A stretch of 58,711 nt of DNA from an uncultured virus (IMG/VR IMGVR_UViG_3300037067_001693) (taxonomy: Duplodnaviria; Heunggongvirae; Uroviricota; Caudoviricetes): the IMG/VR virus record IMGVR_UViG_3300037067_001693. One strand, written 5' to 3'. Of the stretch, positions 57,371 to 58,711 are shown one piece after another; position 1 is the first letter of the stretch, and each line of letters opens with the position of its first letter. The notes under the pieces were generated by a model. It was not told the origin of the DNA. It saw only the letters and a program-made list of their open reading frames with translations, and did not search any database. A program made the translations under genes and the position numbers.

Positions 57371-58326
57371 GTTTTACAGCGGAAGAACTAATGACTATGC
57401 AGGATGAGGCAGAGAAAGAGTTGGCGGACTCTCTTGATGTAGTAACTAAAATTGATGCTTCTGTTAAAGAAGATATTAAAGTTGATGATAAGAAGGAGGG
57501 CGAAGATGACAAAGCAAAAGGTGAAGAAGGCAAAGACACCTCTGACGCCAAAGGAGACGTTGACACCAAAAAAGAAGAAGTTAAAAAAGAAGAAGTAAAG
57601 GTTGATAGTAAGAAGGAAGAGCTTCAGGATGACGAAGAGGTTCGTGAACTGCGAACGATTACAAGATCACAGAAAGCTGAACTTGATAAGATAACAAAAG
57701 AGTATGAAAGATTAAATAAACTTTTGGAGTCAAAGGGACTTGTGGATGAAGATGACAAGAAACTTCGTTCAGATGAAGAAAATGCTGCTCGTGTTTCGTA
57801 TGAAAAGCGACTAGGGTATTTAGGTGACATGCTAGAAATTATGAAAGTCAATCCACGTTATGAAGACGTGGAGACTGTTGTTTCTCAGAGACATTTTGAC
57901 GATATGATCACTGCGTTAGCTAAATATCATGTCAGTCAGAAGGGTGGAGACATAACTCAGGTTATGTCGGAAGTTGAAAGAGAGATATGGTCGTTGGCTA
58001 ACCCTTATTCTTACATGTATGCTATGGTTAAGAAATATCATCCTGATTATGTAAAAAGTGAGGATGAACCAGTTGCTAAGCAGAAAGACGAGAAGGTAGA
58101 TGACAAGAAGTCCGTTGACGAGAAGAAGTCTGAAGAGAAAAAGGAAGATGTTAAAGAGGATAAAAAGCCTAAGGATCAGGCAATGAGTCTTCAGGATCTT
58201 CCTGGCGGTGGTGGCAAAGATGGAGGCGGATGGACTTCTGCTAAGATTGATGCAATGGACGAAGATGAACTTTCAAAAGTCCCTAAAGATATTTACGAAA
58301 AGTATCTTAAGAACGACTTACCATAA
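57367..58326 (+). CDS. capsid scaffolding protein (putative)
   Basis: Highly charged D/E/K-rich, coiled coil, located between portal and capsid. Confidence 0.7.
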   Translation: MSFTAEELMTMQDEAEKELADSLDVVTKIDASVKEDIKVDDKKEGEDDKAKGEEGKDTSDAKGDVDTKKEEVKKEEVKVDSKKEELQDDEEVRELRTITRSQKAELDKITKEYERLNKLLESKGLVDEDDKKLRSDEENAARVSYEKRLGYLGDMLEIMKVNPRYEDVETVVSQRHFDDMITALAKYHVSQKGGDITQVMSEVEREIWSLANPYSYMYAMVKKYHPDYVKSEDEPVAKQKDEKVDDKKSVDEKKSEEKKEDVKEDKKPKDQAMSLQDLPGGGGKDGGGWTSAKIDAMDEDELSKVPKDIYEKYLKNDLP

Positions 58327-58338
58327 AGGAGATATACG

Positions 58339-58711
58339 ATGGCTGGAAATCCGAAAACTCAATTTCTTACAAGTGATGCCCTTACCAGGAAAAAATGGGC
58401 ACGAGATCTTTTCTCAGTACTGCTTCCAGCAACTGAGTTTAATGATCTTACTGGTAAAGACAGTAATGCCATTATTCAGATGAAGACGGAACTTGCTAAA
58501 GGTGAAGGTGATACAATTACCTTTGGTCTGCGACTTCCCCTGACTGGTGCAGGTGTGCAGGGTAATGATCCTGTTGAGGGAAATGAAGAGAAACTGATCT
58601 TCAAGAACTTTGCTGTGACTATTGAAGAGCTCAATCATGCTGTTGATACTGGCGGTAAGATGGAAGAGCAGAGAATTCCTTACGATCTTATGGTTGAAGG
58701 GAAGAATGGTC
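58339..58711 (+). CDS. major capsid protein, N4-gp56/DUF4043-like (3'-truncated; not in the ORF track)
   Basis: AAGGAG RBS; MAGNPKTQF...KKWARDL...ELAKGEGDTITFGLRLPLTGAGVQG...EGNEEKL, open to the window end. Confidence 0.85.
   Translation, partial: MAGNPKTQFLTSDALTRKKWARDLFSVLLPATEFNDLTGKDSNAIIQMKTELAKGEGDTITFGLRLPLTGAGVQGNDPVEGNEEKLIFKNFAVTIEELNHAVDTGGKMEEQRIPYDLMVEGKNG

Noticed and set aside
1..58711. Stop-codon reassignment (TAG read as Gln)
   Set aside because: Long genes are intact in code 11 and several end in TAG directly before the next RBS (586, 1131, 3046).

Overview
This window is a large part of a dsDNA tailed phage genome with podovirus-like organisation. It starts inside a tail gene and ends inside the major capsid gene. 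The + strand carries virion, ejection, tail-fibre and lysis genes (1-15061) and a packaging/head module (49146-58711: polyvalent-type protein, terS, terL, P22-like portal, scaffold, N4-gp56-like capsid). The - strand (15054-48103) carries replication and early genes: UDG-fused family A DNA polymerase, DUF3987 helicase-like protein, ParB-methyltransferase, DHH phosphoesterase, AAA ATPase, PD-(D/E)XK nuclease, ATP-dependent ligase, a nucleotidyltransferase, a vWA/adenylosuccinate synthetase-like pair and tRNA-Pro. No integrase, repressor or RNA polymerase was recognised. The most striking feature is a Ro60/TROVE gene with a roughly 610-nt array of six structured RNAs directly upstream. Three are stand-alone Y-RNA-like stems. 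Two are tRNA bodies (acceptor, D and T arms, one ending in CCA) whose anticodon arm is replaced by a circularly permuted, GAAA-capped copy of the same Y-RNA module, the topological inverse of YrlA. Other notable signals are two more tRNA-like RNAs with large inserts, 14 copies of a 29-bp palindrome mostly at gene boundaries, and a sigma54 promoter with an IHF site and tandem enhancer-like palindromes at the head of the early region. All protein assignments come from motif recognition by eye; no database searches or folding programs were run.
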